Below, one piece after another: positions 19,974 through 30,037 of a stretch of DNA of 64,000 nucleotides (positions are counted from its first letter, which is position 1; the number at the start of each line of letters is the position of its first letter). Made by a program: the position numbers and the translations under genes. The stretch is from Bacillota bacterium (lineage in GTDB: Bacteria > Bacillota > DTU025): the NCBI GenBank assembly GCA_050951805.1, contig JBMNJT010000004.1, positions 1 to 64,000 on the forward strand, read 5' to 3'. The notes under the pieces were generated by a model, which was given only the letters and a program-made list of their open reading frames with translations, searched no databases and had not been told where the DNA came from.

Positions 19974-20777
19974 TTACCTGTCTTCCAGGATGTACACATT
20001 CACCCGTCTGCGTCCGTATCTCAGAGCTTCGTCCAATGTCTCGAAAAATAGGTCGATCCTGTTTCCTTTGATGGCGGACCCTACATCAGCCGCCACTGCA
20101 GGCCCATACCCCTCTACGTATAGTCTAGTCCTTAGGGGTATGACCTTCGGATCCACCGCTACCACGCCCGGCGCGGCCTTTATGCCGATAGCCGTGTAGC
20201 CGTCCGCGTACCTTCCGCAGGATCTCGGAGATGGCTCATAGCCAGTAGCGGTCATGGTCAAGACCTTTCTGTAAGTGTAGTCTCCACGGGAAGTCAACAG
20301 AACCCTCAATGGTTCTCGAGAACCGGTCGCTATCACTTTCGGTTGCGGTCTGGTCCAAAGCCTTTCGCTTATGACAGTCTCGCTTATGACCCCGTTCTCG
20401 CCCCTTTTGACCAATACTGCCTGCATCATCTCGCCATCCGATCCCTCATGGACAACCCTACTGACGCCGCGATCCATCTTCGGATCGATAATGCGCTCTA
20501 TCGGCCTTTCTACGGGCACTTTCCTAGTCACAATGTGCTTCGTGACCCAACCTGTCGCAACATACGCGACAGCTGACGCTCGCGCTGGTCTTGAAACTCC
20601 GGCTCCTTTAAGGACATCTTCCGTGTAGCCCGTTCGGGGGTGAAATGTGACAACCCGACTCGGTCCGTCTGCAGCATCCGATTCGCTCAGAGCCGCAAGC
20701 CCCGGAACTGCTACAATAAGGGCTACGGCCATGAGAGCCATACTTCGCTGCACGCTTAAAAGCCTAGTCGGCAGCAC
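19974..20777 (-). CDS. yabE: G5 + 3D domain cell-wall protein (YabE-like)
   Basis: Signal peptide; G5-like segment; 3D domain ATGY...VAVDPKVIPL...AADVGSAIKGNRIDLF. Confidence 0.85.
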   Translation of the reverse strand: MLPTRLLSVQRSMALMAVALIVAVPGLAALSESDAADGPSRVVTFHPRTGYTEDVLKGAGVSRPARASAVAYVATGWVTKHIVTRKVPVERPIERIIDPKMDRGVSRVVHEGSDGEMMQAVLVKRGENGVISETVISERLWTRPQPKVIATGSREPLRVLLTSRGDYTYRKVLTMTATGYEPSPRSCGRYADGYTAIGIKAAPGVVAVDPKVIPLRTRLYVEGYGPAVAADVGSAIKGNRIDLFFETLDEALRYGRRRVNVYILEDR

Positions 20778-21160
20778 TTTAAATCCTCCTATCCAGTGTA
20801 TGTGTAAAGCCCGTCAGATCACCTTGCTTAGGCTTGACGGGACGAAAAAAGCTGGTTTGGAGTTTTGTTATTTCACATACTACACACTGTGCGGCAAATT
20901 GTCAAACTGAGCCTCTGTATCCAATGCTCTACCTTAAGTTATCGCACGTTTAGGAAGCAATTATTCACCCTTTGCTACACCCGCTTCCCGGAGAAGCTCT
21001 AAAACGCCCTCTGTATTCCTGGTGGTTCGGCCCCATCGCCATGGTCCCTTTGTCGTACGGGACCATGTATCACAGGTGGGCAGGTCATTTTCCCTGAGAC
21101 GTTACATTAAGGCATCTGTAATATCTTCCTGACGTATCTGAGATTCCGCACAAACAAGCA

Positions 21161-21181
21161 GGGGCGGCATCACGCCGCCCC
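21161..21181 (-). terminator. Terminator hairpin
   Basis: ggggcggc-atcac-gccgcccc followed by tgcttgttt on the minus strand. Confidence 0.6.
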
Positions 21182-21225
21182 GTCCGTCCACTACACCCTG
21201 ATAATCGCCCATGCCCGCAACCCAA

Positions 21226-21903
21226 CTATCGCCGGGGCTTCGGGAAGTCCTTCCATACGATAACTCGGGGTGCCTTCGGAGTTTCCACGCCAATCTCCTT
21301 TTTCTCGTCGATATGTTCGGACTTCATGGCCTCAATGATCTCTGCCCCGGGCTCAGGGAGAAGTTGGGGCACCGATTGAGCAGCCAGTTCCCCCTCCTCG
21401 GCAATTTCCAGCTCAGGTTCTGGTTGGTCGACATCAAATGGCGCGGGCATAGGCTCCATCGCCACATGAGACACTGTGCCATACTCATGTCCTGTTAGCT
21501 CTTCCTCTGGCGTCAGCGCGGGCGTAAATTCCTCTTCTCCTTCGAGCAATCCCGTGCCCTCCACAGGCGCCATCCCATCTTCAATCGCCATCTGTTCCTC
21601 GCGTTCTTCCCATCTTGGGGATTTGGAGCACTCCTCAGGCCATAGTCGGGCATCATGCTCTATATCCGATGGCATTTTAGGTTCCCAAGACTCTGCAGAT
21701 TCCAAGTCCTCTACCAAACCGATCGTCCCTTGAAGCTCAGCAAGTCCGATGCCAAATGGGCTGTAACCTTGAACGTCTACGCCAGGCCCAAAGCCGAAGC
21801 GCTCCGGAGCATATCCCTTCTCGCGGATCAGATGGGCTGCGGCATCCATCTCCTGTGGCCTCTTGGGAGCATCGTTACGGCCCGAGTCGCCAGAGAACTC
21901 CAC
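21226..21903 (-). CDS. Hypothetical acidic, Glu/Pro-rich protein
   Basis: Long ORF; GGAGGTG RBS before GTG at 21903 (the ORF track starts it at 21939); basic C-terminal tail RVIVWKDFPKPRR. Confidence 0.65.
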   Translation of the reverse strand: MEFSGDSGRNDAPKRPQEMDAAAHLIREKGYAPERFGFGPGVDVQGYSPFGIGLAELQGTIGLVEDLESAESWEPKMPSDIEHDARLWPEECSKSPRWEEREEQMAIEDGMAPVEGTGLLEGEEEFTPALTPEEELTGHEYGTVSHVAMEPMPAPFDVDQPEPELEIAEEGELAAQSVPQLLPEPGAEIIEAMKSEHIDEKKEIGVETPKAPRVIVWKDFPKPRR

Positions 21904-21985
21904 CTGCCGCATCACCTCCCGACGTTCCTCAATCCCCATGGGGCGGACCCATAGTTACTATATTCACACCGAGGTTGTCTGTTTC

Positions 21986-23122
21986 CTAAGTTTCCGACCT
22001 AGATTGCCAAGCATGAAGCGCCAAGGCAACGGCGATAACGCCATACGCAAGGAAGCTCCTAAAATACTCCCCCACCTGCGGTATTCCCAGCAGCCGCTGT
22101 CCTGCAAGGGGAGAAACAACGAATAGGGTGTGAAAGAGCAGCACGCCGACGATGGCGTTCCAAATAGTTGCACGCCTTGTCGAGGCGCCTCCGACCAAGA
22201 GCGCCGCGATGGAGAACATGCCAACCTGCTCGTGGCTGTTGTAAGTATTGAGGGTGCCGATGTTCTGCAAGAATATCAGCTGCCCCCATGCCGCCAGAAC
22301 TGTCGAGATGATTATTGCAGCCATGCGCGTGCGGTCCACATTGATCCCGGCCACCTGCGCAATGTTCATATCCTGGCCGACTGCCCGCATTTCCTGCCCA
22401 AGCTTCGTTCGGGTGATGAATGACAGCAACAAGCAGAATAAGACAATCACCAGTATTGTGCAGACGGGTATTTTCCATGGTCCAATTGGCACACTGCCAA
22501 TCTCCCCCATCACCAATCCATTCCACAACCCGTCCAGAGCACGATCAAGCGAATTCGCGACTCCAATAAGATCGACCGTATTCCTCAGTCCCACGCCCGA
22601 TGAAAGCATAAGGACTGGATTTTTCATCGGTATGACTGTGCCAAGAAGAACGAGGAATACCAGCTGGTAAAGACCATTGGCAAAAAACCCCATGATCATG
22701 CTGGTTACCATCTCACGCCCCTTGGCTTTATTGAGAATTCGTCCGCTGAGCCATCCAAAAAGGATCGCAAGGGGGACTGAGATGACAGCCGCAAGAAGGA
22801 AACCTGGAAGCCCCTCTACGCCGTAGTGAGTCACGATGATCAGAGCGGTCTGTCCGGCCATGGCGCCTATCACAATCCCGAAATTGAGGCCCAATCCTGC
22901 CATTACCGGGATGAGAAGCGACAGGACCAGAATCATGTTCCTTCCAAACCTCGATATTATCTCGTGTATCAGGAAGTTTATGTCGAGTCCGGCAGCGGCG
23001 ATTCCGCCGATAGATAGCGCAAGGAAGAAGATCGGCACCGACCATTGCTTCAGGAGCTTCATTCTGCCCCTCCCCTTTGCCTCGGCCGGCTTGGCTACAG
23101 TGGCAACTGTCTTCTCAGGCAC
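21986..23122 (-). CDS. ABC transporter permease (sugar/nucleoside-type)
   Basis: GLGLNFG, multiple hydrophobic helices, ALLVGGA; GTG start after GGAGGT. Confidence 0.88.
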   Translation of the reverse strand: MPEKTVATVAKPAEAKGRGRMKLLKQWSVPIFFLALSIGGIAAAGLDINFLIHEIISRFGRNMILVLSLLIPVMAGLGLNFGIVIGAMAGQTALIIVTHYGVEGLPGFLLAAVISVPLAILFGWLSGRILNKAKGREMVTSMIMGFFANGLYQLVFLVLLGTVIPMKNPVLMLSSGVGLRNTVDLIGVANSLDRALDGLWNGLVMGEIGSVPIGPWKIPVCTILVIVLFCLLLSFITRTKLGQEMRAVGQDMNIAQVAGINVDRTRMAAIIISTVLAAWGQLIFLQNIGTLNTYNSHEQVGMFSIAALLVGGASTRRATIWNAIVGVLLFHTLFVVSPLAGQRLLGIPQVGEYFRSFLAYGVIAVALALHAWQSRSET

Positions 23123-23127
23123 GCCGG

Positions 23128-24201
23128 CTACCTCCTTTCGGCCCGGGTAAGGGCATACAGGATCATGCCGTTGCTTATGATCATCCGGGCTATTTCGCTG
23201 ATATCGGCCCCTCGCAAGGCGGTTTGGGTAACCGGAAGAGCTATTGTGAGCAGCGTGTGGAAAAGAATCGTCCCTATTACGGCATTTCCCACTGTAGCCC
23301 GTTCCAGCGTAGCCCCGCCTATCAGGACAGAAGCAACAGCCGGAAATGCAGCATACAGCGGCGCTGTATAAAGCTGCACAAACCCATAACTCTGGGAATA
23401 GACGATGATGCCCACCGCCGCAAGCACCGTCGAGAGAATGACGCCCCACATCTTCATGTATCTAACGTTCATTCCCGAAGATTTCGCGAACATGGGATTT
23501 GACCCCACCGTACGCATAGCAAGGCCTGTTTTGGACCGGAAAAACAGGCTCATCAAGACGCAAAGAAGTCCGAAGAAAAGTAGAAGCCCGGTGGGAATCG
23601 TCACCCCCGAAACATTGAAGGCCAAAAAGTCGTTGAGCACCTTTGCAAAGGTCTTGTCAAGGGTGAGCGTGTACCGGAGCCCCTGCCCTCCAATAGCGAA
23701 TATCATGGCCGGGTTCTTGATGGGCGCCAAGAGCCAGAACATGCACATCGCCGATACTACAGAAAACCCCACATACGTCCCGACCATCATCTCCTGTCCC
23801 TGAACCCGTTCGAGAACAAGAGCGTAAATGTAGCCCGCAACCATGGCAACCGGCAGAGCGATGGCGATAGCCGCGAAGAATCCGGCAAACCCTTGAAGGT
23901 TCCAGTTCATGCTCATTACCGCTCCAATTAGTCCCGCTATTACTCCCACAGGCAGTCCGAAGTTGAGCCCAACTCCGCATGCCAAAGTGGGCAACATCGA
24001 GAGGACGAGCACTCCGTTCATGCCTATACGTACGAGAGAGTCGCTGATAAGGATGGTCAGGTCCATCTTCATGATGGTAGCCAGGATGAACAGGAACAAC
24101 ACGAACCCCGTAATTATCAGGCGAGGAAGTCCAAAATCCTTGTAGACAGCGGAAAAAGACTCCTTTATGCGACTCGTGGGTTTCTCCTCCGTATCAGCCA
24201 T
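23128..24201 (-). CDS. ABC transporter permease (sugar/nucleoside-type)
   Basis: GVGLNFG, ASVLIGGA, hydrophobic helices. Confidence 0.88.
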   Translation of the reverse strand: MADTEEKPTSRIKESFSAVYKDFGLPRLIITGFVLFLFILATIMKMDLTILISDSLVRIGMNGVLVLSMLPTLACGVGLNFGLPVGVIAGLIGAVMSMNWNLQGFAGFFAAIAIALPVAMVAGYIYALVLERVQGQEMMVGTYVGFSVVSAMCMFWLLAPIKNPAMIFAIGGQGLRYTLTLDKTFAKVLNDFLAFNVSGVTIPTGLLLFFGLLCVLMSLFFRSKTGLAMRTVGSNPMFAKSSGMNVRYMKMWGVILSTVLAAVGIIVYSQSYGFVQLYTAPLYAAFPAVASVLIGGATLERATVGNAVIGTILFHTLLTIALPVTQTALRGADISEIARMIISNGMILYALTRAERR

Positions 24202-24202
24202 G

Positions 24203-25813
24203 TCAACCGACCTCCCTTCGCGCAGCGCCCTTGCCGGCCATCATGAGACCGAAGTCCACATCCGAAGCATCCGGCGGGAGGACACCTGCAATTTGCCCGC
24301 GGTATATTATCACGATCCGGTCACATACCTTTCTTAACTCCCCAAGCTCAGACGATGTCATGATGATTGTCATCCCATGCTTGCGGTTGAAATCCACGAG
24401 CAGGTCGAGAACGAGCTGCTTCGCGCCTACGTCGATTCCCCTAGTCGGTTCGGAGACCCACATTACCTCAGGCTGCATGGTAAATGCCCTTCCGAGACAG
24501 ATCTTCTGCTGGTTCCCACCAGACAGCCTTCTCACAAGCTGCTCGGGTCCATTGCACCTGATATCGAGATCTTTTATGACCTGAAGCGCGTGTTCGCGTA
24601 TCGCCGCTTCATCTGCCAGCCTGAGCGAGGGGATTGCTCCCGGTCTCAAGAACTTCTCTTGCACCTGCATTGCCGTGAGAGCGATATTCATCTCGATAGA
24701 CTCATCCAGGAGCAATCCGACGCCGCGCCTGTCCTCAGAAACGAAGGCCATCCCCGCCTCAAGCGCACTCTTGGGATCGTTTAGCCGCAGCTCTTCCCCG
24801 TTAGCATATACTCTGCCTGTCGACGGATAGAGCCCCATCACTCCGTTCGCGATCCCCACTTTGCCATGACCCGCAAGGCCACCTATGCCCAATATCTCGC
24901 CGCGCCTCACATTTAGACTGAGGTTGTGCACGCATTCCCCGGGCATGTTGACGCTCAAGTTTTCGATTCTAAGGACAATGTCGCGATCAGATGGCTCCTT
25001 CGCCCTTTCGGGAAGCTCTATGCGTTCCACCTTTCTGCCGACCATGAGCTCGGCTATCTTCTCCACTTCCGCCTCAGCCTTAGACATCATCGCCACAACT
25101 TCGCCATCACGGAGGATAGTGATGTTGTCAGCCACCTCCATGACCTCGTCCAGCCGGTGAGTGATGAAAAGTATGGCAATTCCCTCAGACGCAAGCCTCT
25201 TCATGGCATTGAGGAGCATCTGCGCCTCGCTCTCGGTGAGGACTGCCGTGGGCTCGTCAAAGACAAGAAGCTCAACGCTGTGCTTGTCGATCTCCCGCGC
25301 TATCTCAACAAACTGCATGTGTCCCACAGGCAGACCTGCCACAAGCGCCAACTCATCGATGGAGACTGCCAGCTTGTCGAGGGCCGCCCTGGCATCGGCT
25401 CGCATAGCTTCCTCGTCAACTATCTCAAGTTTTTGCCCAAAGATCCTCGATGCCAAATTCGGCAACGTTGGCTCCCGGTTGAGCTTGATATTCTCGGCCA
25501 CAGTAAACCCAGGAATCAGCATGAACTCCTGATGCACCATACCTATGCCATAGGTCATTGCCTCCCGAGGGGAACTTATGTCCGTCGGAACGCCGTCCAG
25601 AATAATCCGGCCTTCAAAGCCCCCAGTCTCGAAGATGACCTGCATGCCGAAGAGGATATTCATCAGAGTAGTCTTTCCGGCCCCGTTCTCGCCGACAAGA
25701 GCATGTATCTCTCCCGGCCTGACCGACAAATTGACGTCTTTGAGCACTTGCGTCCCGAAGAAACTCTTGCTTATGCCCTCAAGTTCAAGAACATTCCCTT
25801 CAGTTATCGACAT
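24203..25813 (-). CDS. Sugar ABC transporter ATP-binding protein with two ATPase domains
   Basis: GENGAGKT, DEPT, EDRR, LSGGNQQK, EPTRGIDVGAK. Confidence 0.93.
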   Translation of the reverse strand: MSITEGNVLELEGISKSFFGTQVLKDVNLSVRPGEIHALVGENGAGKTTLMNILFGMQVIFETGGFEGRIILDGVPTDISSPREAMTYGIGMVHQEFMLIPGFTVAENIKLNREPTLPNLASRIFGQKLEIVDEEAMRADARAALDKLAVSIDELALVAGLPVGHMQFVEIAREIDKHSVELLVFDEPTAVLTESEAQMLLNAMKRLASEGIAILFITHRLDEVMEVADNITILRDGEVVAMMSKAEAEVEKIAELMVGRKVERIELPERAKEPSDRDIVLRIENLSVNMPGECVHNLSLNVRRGEILGIGGLAGHGKVGIANGVMGLYPSTGRVYANGEELRLNDPKSALEAGMAFVSEDRRGVGLLLDESIEMNIALTAMQVQEKFLRPGAIPSLRLADEAAIREHALQVIKDLDIRCNGPEQLVRRLSGGNQQKICLGRAFTMQPEVMWVSEPTRGIDVGAKQLVLDLLVDFNRKHGMTIIMTSSELGELRKVCDRIVIIYRGQIAGVLPPDASDVDFGLMMAGKGAARREVG

Positions 25814-25911
25814 TGTCAAGCCCCTCTCGTTAGCATGAAAGGAATTTACGGGCAGGCGCCGGGCGGTACTATGCCCGGCGCCAATTTCGCTGCTAAAATA
25901 GGCCTCGCCGA

Positions 25912-27027
25912 CTACTTGACTGTGACGCCAAAGATGATCGAATCGATCAGGTAGCGATAGAACTGCCCGCCCGCGCTGAGTCTCTCAAACTCTATCGGTG
26001 TGCCCGCGATCCCCTGAACGACCTTTCTTACGGCGTCCATGTCCTTGTAATTGAGCTTCTTTTCCACTGCCAGCTTGGCAATTTCCACACCAGCAATGGT
26101 GTTGAGGTAACCAGTAGCAACCGGCCATGTGGCCATCCTGCCCGCCTGCCCCTTCTTCACGATCTCGGCGTTGATCGCCCGGATTATTGCGGGGAAATTC
26201 CCCTTCATGTTGTCCGTGATCTCCAGACCGAGAGCGCCTGGATAGCCATGGGTCGGGCTGGGACAGCACTGCTCGGGGAATATGGCGCCGGTCTTGATGA
26301 CCGCAGTTATCAAGGGTTCCTGCATGCCGCAGTTGGTCGAAAAGAACGCCGTGTCCTTCCCATACTGCCCGACCTTCCTGGGCACATCTTCCAGGATGAA
26401 CTGCTGCGCCGCAGGGAGTCCGCCTTCACCCATGGGATCAGGCGCGTTTGCGAACACAAACCTCATCCCAAGCTTCTTGCACTCTTCCTCCATGATGTCC
26501 CGCCGCGTCGCCAGATCGGCATAGGACATGTGCCTCGGGAATGAATAGTGAACGAACGTCTTCGCACCTAGTTTCTTTGCCAACCGGACTATGGTGGTCC
26601 CACGAGCTATATTATTGGGAATCAGGGAAACATCTGCATACTTTTCGACTATCGGGGGATCCTCATGCGGTTCGCCCAGAACGAAGATGATGTCCGGCCT
26701 TATCTCGCGAACCTTGCGGATAGCAGCCACAGTGCCCGGAACGGCCTGGTTGATTACTATCGCCTTGACCTGCCTGTCAGAAGCGAGTCCGGTAATCTGC
26801 GCTATAGTCGTCTCCTGCTCCTGCATGAAATTGTCGGGGTACGACCGATGCAGAATGAGCCCAGGATACTTCTGTATGGCGGCCTCAGCGCCTCGGTATT
26901 CGTCTTCGCCCTGCGATACGGTTCCCGTAACTACGCCGATCTTGAAGTCAGCGGCCCCAATAGAGACACTGGCAAGCCCCAAAATAAGGGCCAGCGCTAC
27001 GGCTGCGAGGACACTTCTTTTTGCCAT
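25912..27027 (-). CDS. DUF3798 family ABC substrate-binding protein
   Basis: Signal peptide; TGTVSQGEDE, YPDNFM.EQET, HYSFPRHMS, QQFILEDVP, PSPTHGYP. Confidence 0.88.
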   Translation of the reverse strand: MAKRSVLAAVALALILGLASVSIGAADFKIGVVTGTVSQGEDEYRGAEAAIQKYPGLILHRSYPDNFMQEQETTIAQITGLASDRQVKAIVINQAVPGTVAAIRKVREIRPDIIFVLGEPHEDPPIVEKYADVSLIPNNIARGTTIVRLAKKLGAKTFVHYSFPRHMSYADLATRRDIMEEECKKLGMRFVFANAPDPMGEGGLPAAQQFILEDVPRKVGQYGKDTAFFSTNCGMQEPLITAVIKTGAIFPEQCCPSPTHGYPGALGLEITDNMKGNFPAIIRAINAEIVKKGQAGRMATWPVATGYLNTIAGVEIAKLAVEKKLNYKDMDAVRKVVQGIAGTPIEFERLSAGGQFYRYLIDSIIFGVTVK

Positions 27028-27401
27028 TTCGCTATTCTCCCCCTGCAGAAGTATTTTTTGGGGCGCAACATGCGCCCTCCGGACGAAGTAATATCGTGTG
27101 AAATGTATTCTATTGCCTTATTGCCCTTTCCTGCCTACCATCAAAACTTTCATATACTGTACATATGAACATTATTCGCCTGTGTATATTTCCATGTTCT
27201 GCTTGTGTGCATATCCCGGCAGTGCCTCCATCTTGTCGTCGGCTCCCGCAAAGCTGGCATCTGGATATGGTTATTCCATTCCATGTTATAATCTGATCGA
27301 TGACACATTAATGATTATCGCAGCAGGGCCCGGCATACATACTACTAGTCCACTGCAATAGGCCAAATAGCAAGCAAACATTGAGAGGAGACTGGCGCCG
27401 A

Positions 27402-28409
27402 ATGAGTTCCGTCGAGGACAGAGAACGGGAAATCATGTTGGAACTGGTGCGCGTCACCGAGACTGCAGCTCTGCGGGCAGGCAGATGCATGGGTATGGGC
27501 GACCTTAATCTTGTGGACGGAGCAGCCGTGGACGGAATGCGCGGCATGCTCTCACTGGTGAACATCAAAGGCACTATCGTGATCGGCGAGGGCGAAAAAG
27601 ATCACGCCCCGATGCTGTACAACGGTGAAGAAGTGGGGACAGGCATGGACGACCAGGAACTGGACATCGCGGTGGATCCTGTAGAAGGGACAAGACTGGT
27701 TGCGAATGGGCTTCCCAACGCGATATCGGTAATAGTGGTTGCCTCCAAAGGCTCGCTAATGCCTGTGCCCACCTTCTACATGCAGAAACTCGCAGTAGGG
27801 CCAGAGGCCAAAGACTATATCGACATCAATGCTCCGGTCCGCGAAAACCTCAGAGTCGTCGCTGCTGCCCTAGGACGAAGAGTGAAGGACCTGACCGTAG
27901 TAATCCTGGATCGCCCGCGCCATGCCGAACTCATACGCGAGGTGCGGGAAGCGGGCGCCCGCATCAAGCTGATATCTGACGGAGATGTAGCGGGTGCAAT
28001 ATCTACAGCCCTTCCAAGCACAGGAGTGGACCTTCTCATGGGGATAGGTGGCGCGCCGGAAGCCGTGATCACAGCGGCCGCAATGAAATGCCTGGGCGGC
28101 GAGATCCAAACAAAGCTCTGGGTGCGCAACGAAGAAGACGCCGCCCGGGCCAGGGAAAACGGATTCAACGACTTCGATCGCGTCTACTCCTCCGAAGACC
28201 TCGCCCGCGGCGACAGCCTGATATTTGCCGCAACAGGAATCACCGACGGAGACATGCTCCAGGGAGTGCGCTTCTACGGTCCTAAAGCTACCACTGAATC
28301 AATTGTAATGCGCATGCTCACAGGGACAGTTCGCAGAATACATACTACTCACGATCTTTCTCGAAAGACGCTCAGGTCATTCCAGGCCGGACAGGAAATG
28401 GCTCTTTAG
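27402..28409 (+). CDS. glpX: Class II fructose-1,6-bisphosphatase
   Basis: VRVTE.AA, IVIGEGEKDHAPML, DIAVDPVEGT, LDRPRH, ISDGDV, ATGITDG. Confidence 0.95.
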   Translation: MSSVEDREREIMLELVRVTETAALRAGRCMGMGDLNLVDGAAVDGMRGMLSLVNIKGTIVIGEGEKDHAPMLYNGEEVGTGMDDQELDIAVDPVEGTRLVANGLPNAISVIVVASKGSLMPVPTFYMQKLAVGPEAKDYIDINAPVRENLRVVAAALGRRVKDLTVVILDRPRHAELIREVREAGARIKLISDGDVAGAISTALPSTGVDLLMGIGGAPEAVITAAAMKCLGGEIQTKLWVRNEEDAARARENGFNDFDRVYSSEDLARGDSLIFAATGITDGDMLQGVRFYGPKATTESIVMRMLTGTVRRIHTTHDLSRKTLRSFQAGQEMAL

Positions 28410-29365
28410 GGGACGCATATGGCCACGCGGCCGGACTGATCCACATTCATCATGAAACTGCTCTTCAGACCGGTTTTCCCGTTCGCTTCTATTTCAAATG
28501 AAGCCTCGTAATCTCCGACTCTCAGCCTATTTCGGGGTATTTGGGCTTCAAGCCATCTGGAGCACCCGGGCAACACCAGCCCGGGTGCGACTTGGAAGCC
28601 CAAAACTCCACCATCTCCGCTAGATGAGCCCTTTCTTTCGAGCCTGAGGACACCATTTGCCACGACATAGGCTCCGCCCTCATTGCGAATTTTGATCCTC
28701 ACTCTGTTCGTGCCATCACCATCGTCTGCCCTCATACATACATCCTCTACGGCTATGCAATTCTCGCTGTTTCCGGGCAGCCGAACCAGAACTGGCACCA
28801 TTATCCCAGGAGACGTAACGCAGGATGACGCACAAGCGTAGGAGCTCGAAGGTAAACAACGCACCTTCAGCGCAGCACAGAGCCCTGCGCTATCTCGCCT
28901 CCTGGCATATCCCGAATCGAGGGTGAGATTGACATTGCGGGACGCGCCCGGCGCCAGCGAAAACGATCTTTTGGATACAGACAACGCCGATGCAATCTCC
29001 CGTGTCGCGGGGATAAACCTGAGGCGCCCTTCATCATCTTGCGCCAGCCCTTGAATGTGAATGCTCACCGAAGCCTCTGCATTGCCTGGGTTGGATATGG
29101 CAACCTGCCCCACTTTAGTGTCTACAAACCACAGAAACCGACCAAGGTCGGCCTGCACAATGGCGGGACTTGCCTTGATCCCAAGCCTAAACTGCCGCCC
29201 CAACCCGTAATTGCTTCCCTTGCTCCCTCCCGAGCTGGCCTGAGCGCCGATTTCTCGGCGCACAGGCACAGAAAGAAAAAACACTCCCATGGCGATCAAA
29301 ACCACCGCACTTACCCGCCACACTGCCCGCAACCTGTCAACGCTTGTCCTAGATCGGACATGCAT
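28406..29365 (-). CDS. Hypothetical secreted protein with two Ig-like domains (PapD/DUF916-like)
   Basis: N-terminal hydrophobic segment; ISNPGN, FSLAPGASRNV, IRNEGG, VLPG, GDYEA pattern. Confidence 0.55.
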   Translation of the reverse strand: MHVRSRTSVDRLRAVWRVSAVVLIAMGVFFLSVPVRREIGAQASSGGSKGSNYGLGRQFRLGIKASPAIVQADLGRFLWFVDTKVGQVAISNPGNAEASVSIHIQGLAQDDEGRLRFIPATREIASALSVSKRSFSLAPGASRNVNLTLDSGYARRRDSAGLCAALKVRCLPSSSYACASSCVTSPGIMVPVLVRLPGNSENCIAVEDVCMRADDGDGTNRVRIKIRNEGGAYVVANGVLRLERKGSSSGDGGVLGFQVAPGLVLPGCSRWLEAQIPRNRLRVGDYEASFEIEANGKTGLKSSFMMNVDQSGRVAICVP

Positions 29366-29367
29366 CG

Positions 29368-29913
29368 CTACACCGTAGGCTCGAGCAACAGGGTGATCAT
29401 GGTCCTGTAACACTGAGTAGCATCGATAGGGGGCAGATCACCGACATCGATGCACTGGCGAAGGTCGATCGACCGCACAATGCTGGGGGAACTGCAATTA
29501 TCGGTAAACACGGTAGCAGGCTGATTTGATATGGGCGTGAACTCGCGCGATAAATCCCGACACCACTCGAGCGGATTCTTGAGCATAAGACCCTTCATGG
29601 GCCCTGGATCCATCACTGTCATGTACGGGTTATCAGATTCAATGGTCACTCTGAATGGCATGTTGCTCAGCACGGCATAGCGCAGCGGCGACGGACACAC
29701 GTTCTCGCCCACTACCAATCCGTCCCATTCTATATTGTGCTCTTCGATGATCAACTCCATCAAGGGACGGATATAAGCACGAATCTTGACTTCGCCTACA
29801 GATGCCGAGCACATTGAACCTGCCCACACAATCGCTACTAGGGCAAGTAGAAGTGCAGTTGCCGTCCTGCAGCGAATCGCAGCACACGGTGCTCCTTTGA
29901 AAAGCTCTTTCAC
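29368..29913 (-). CDS. Hypothetical secreted beta-rich protein (pilin/WxL-like)
   Basis: AAGGAGG RBS; signal peptide; VLSNMPFRVTI and terminal YRTMITLLL strands. Confidence 0.55.
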   Translation of the reverse strand: MKELFKGAPCAAIRCRTATALLLALVAIVWAGSMCSASVGEVKIRAYIRPLMELIIEEHNIEWDGLVVGENVCPSPLRYAVLSNMPFRVTIESDNPYMTVMDPGPMKGLMLKNPLEWCRDLSREFTPISNQPATVFTDNCSSPSIVRSIDLRQCIDVGDLPPIDATQCYRTMITLLLEPTV

Positions 29914-30037
29914 GTAGAACCCCTCCTTTTTTCGATCCACATCGGGCATGTCTCCTTCGCCCGGCACAGATCAGTTCAAGGAGGGGTATTCTTTTGATTC
30001 CATATTGTCCCTGTCACCCTTGCGGGCGATTTCCGCG

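Noticed and set aside
20778-21160. c-di-AMP riboswitch upstream of the yabE-like gene
   Set aside because: Only a sigma-A-like promoter and one hairpin are visible; I could not find the conserved riboswitch motifs.
24926-25954. Long antisense ORFs (also 31889..32983, 39386..40117 and others)
   Set aside because: They are shadow frames of well-supported minus-strand genes in moderately GC-rich DNA.
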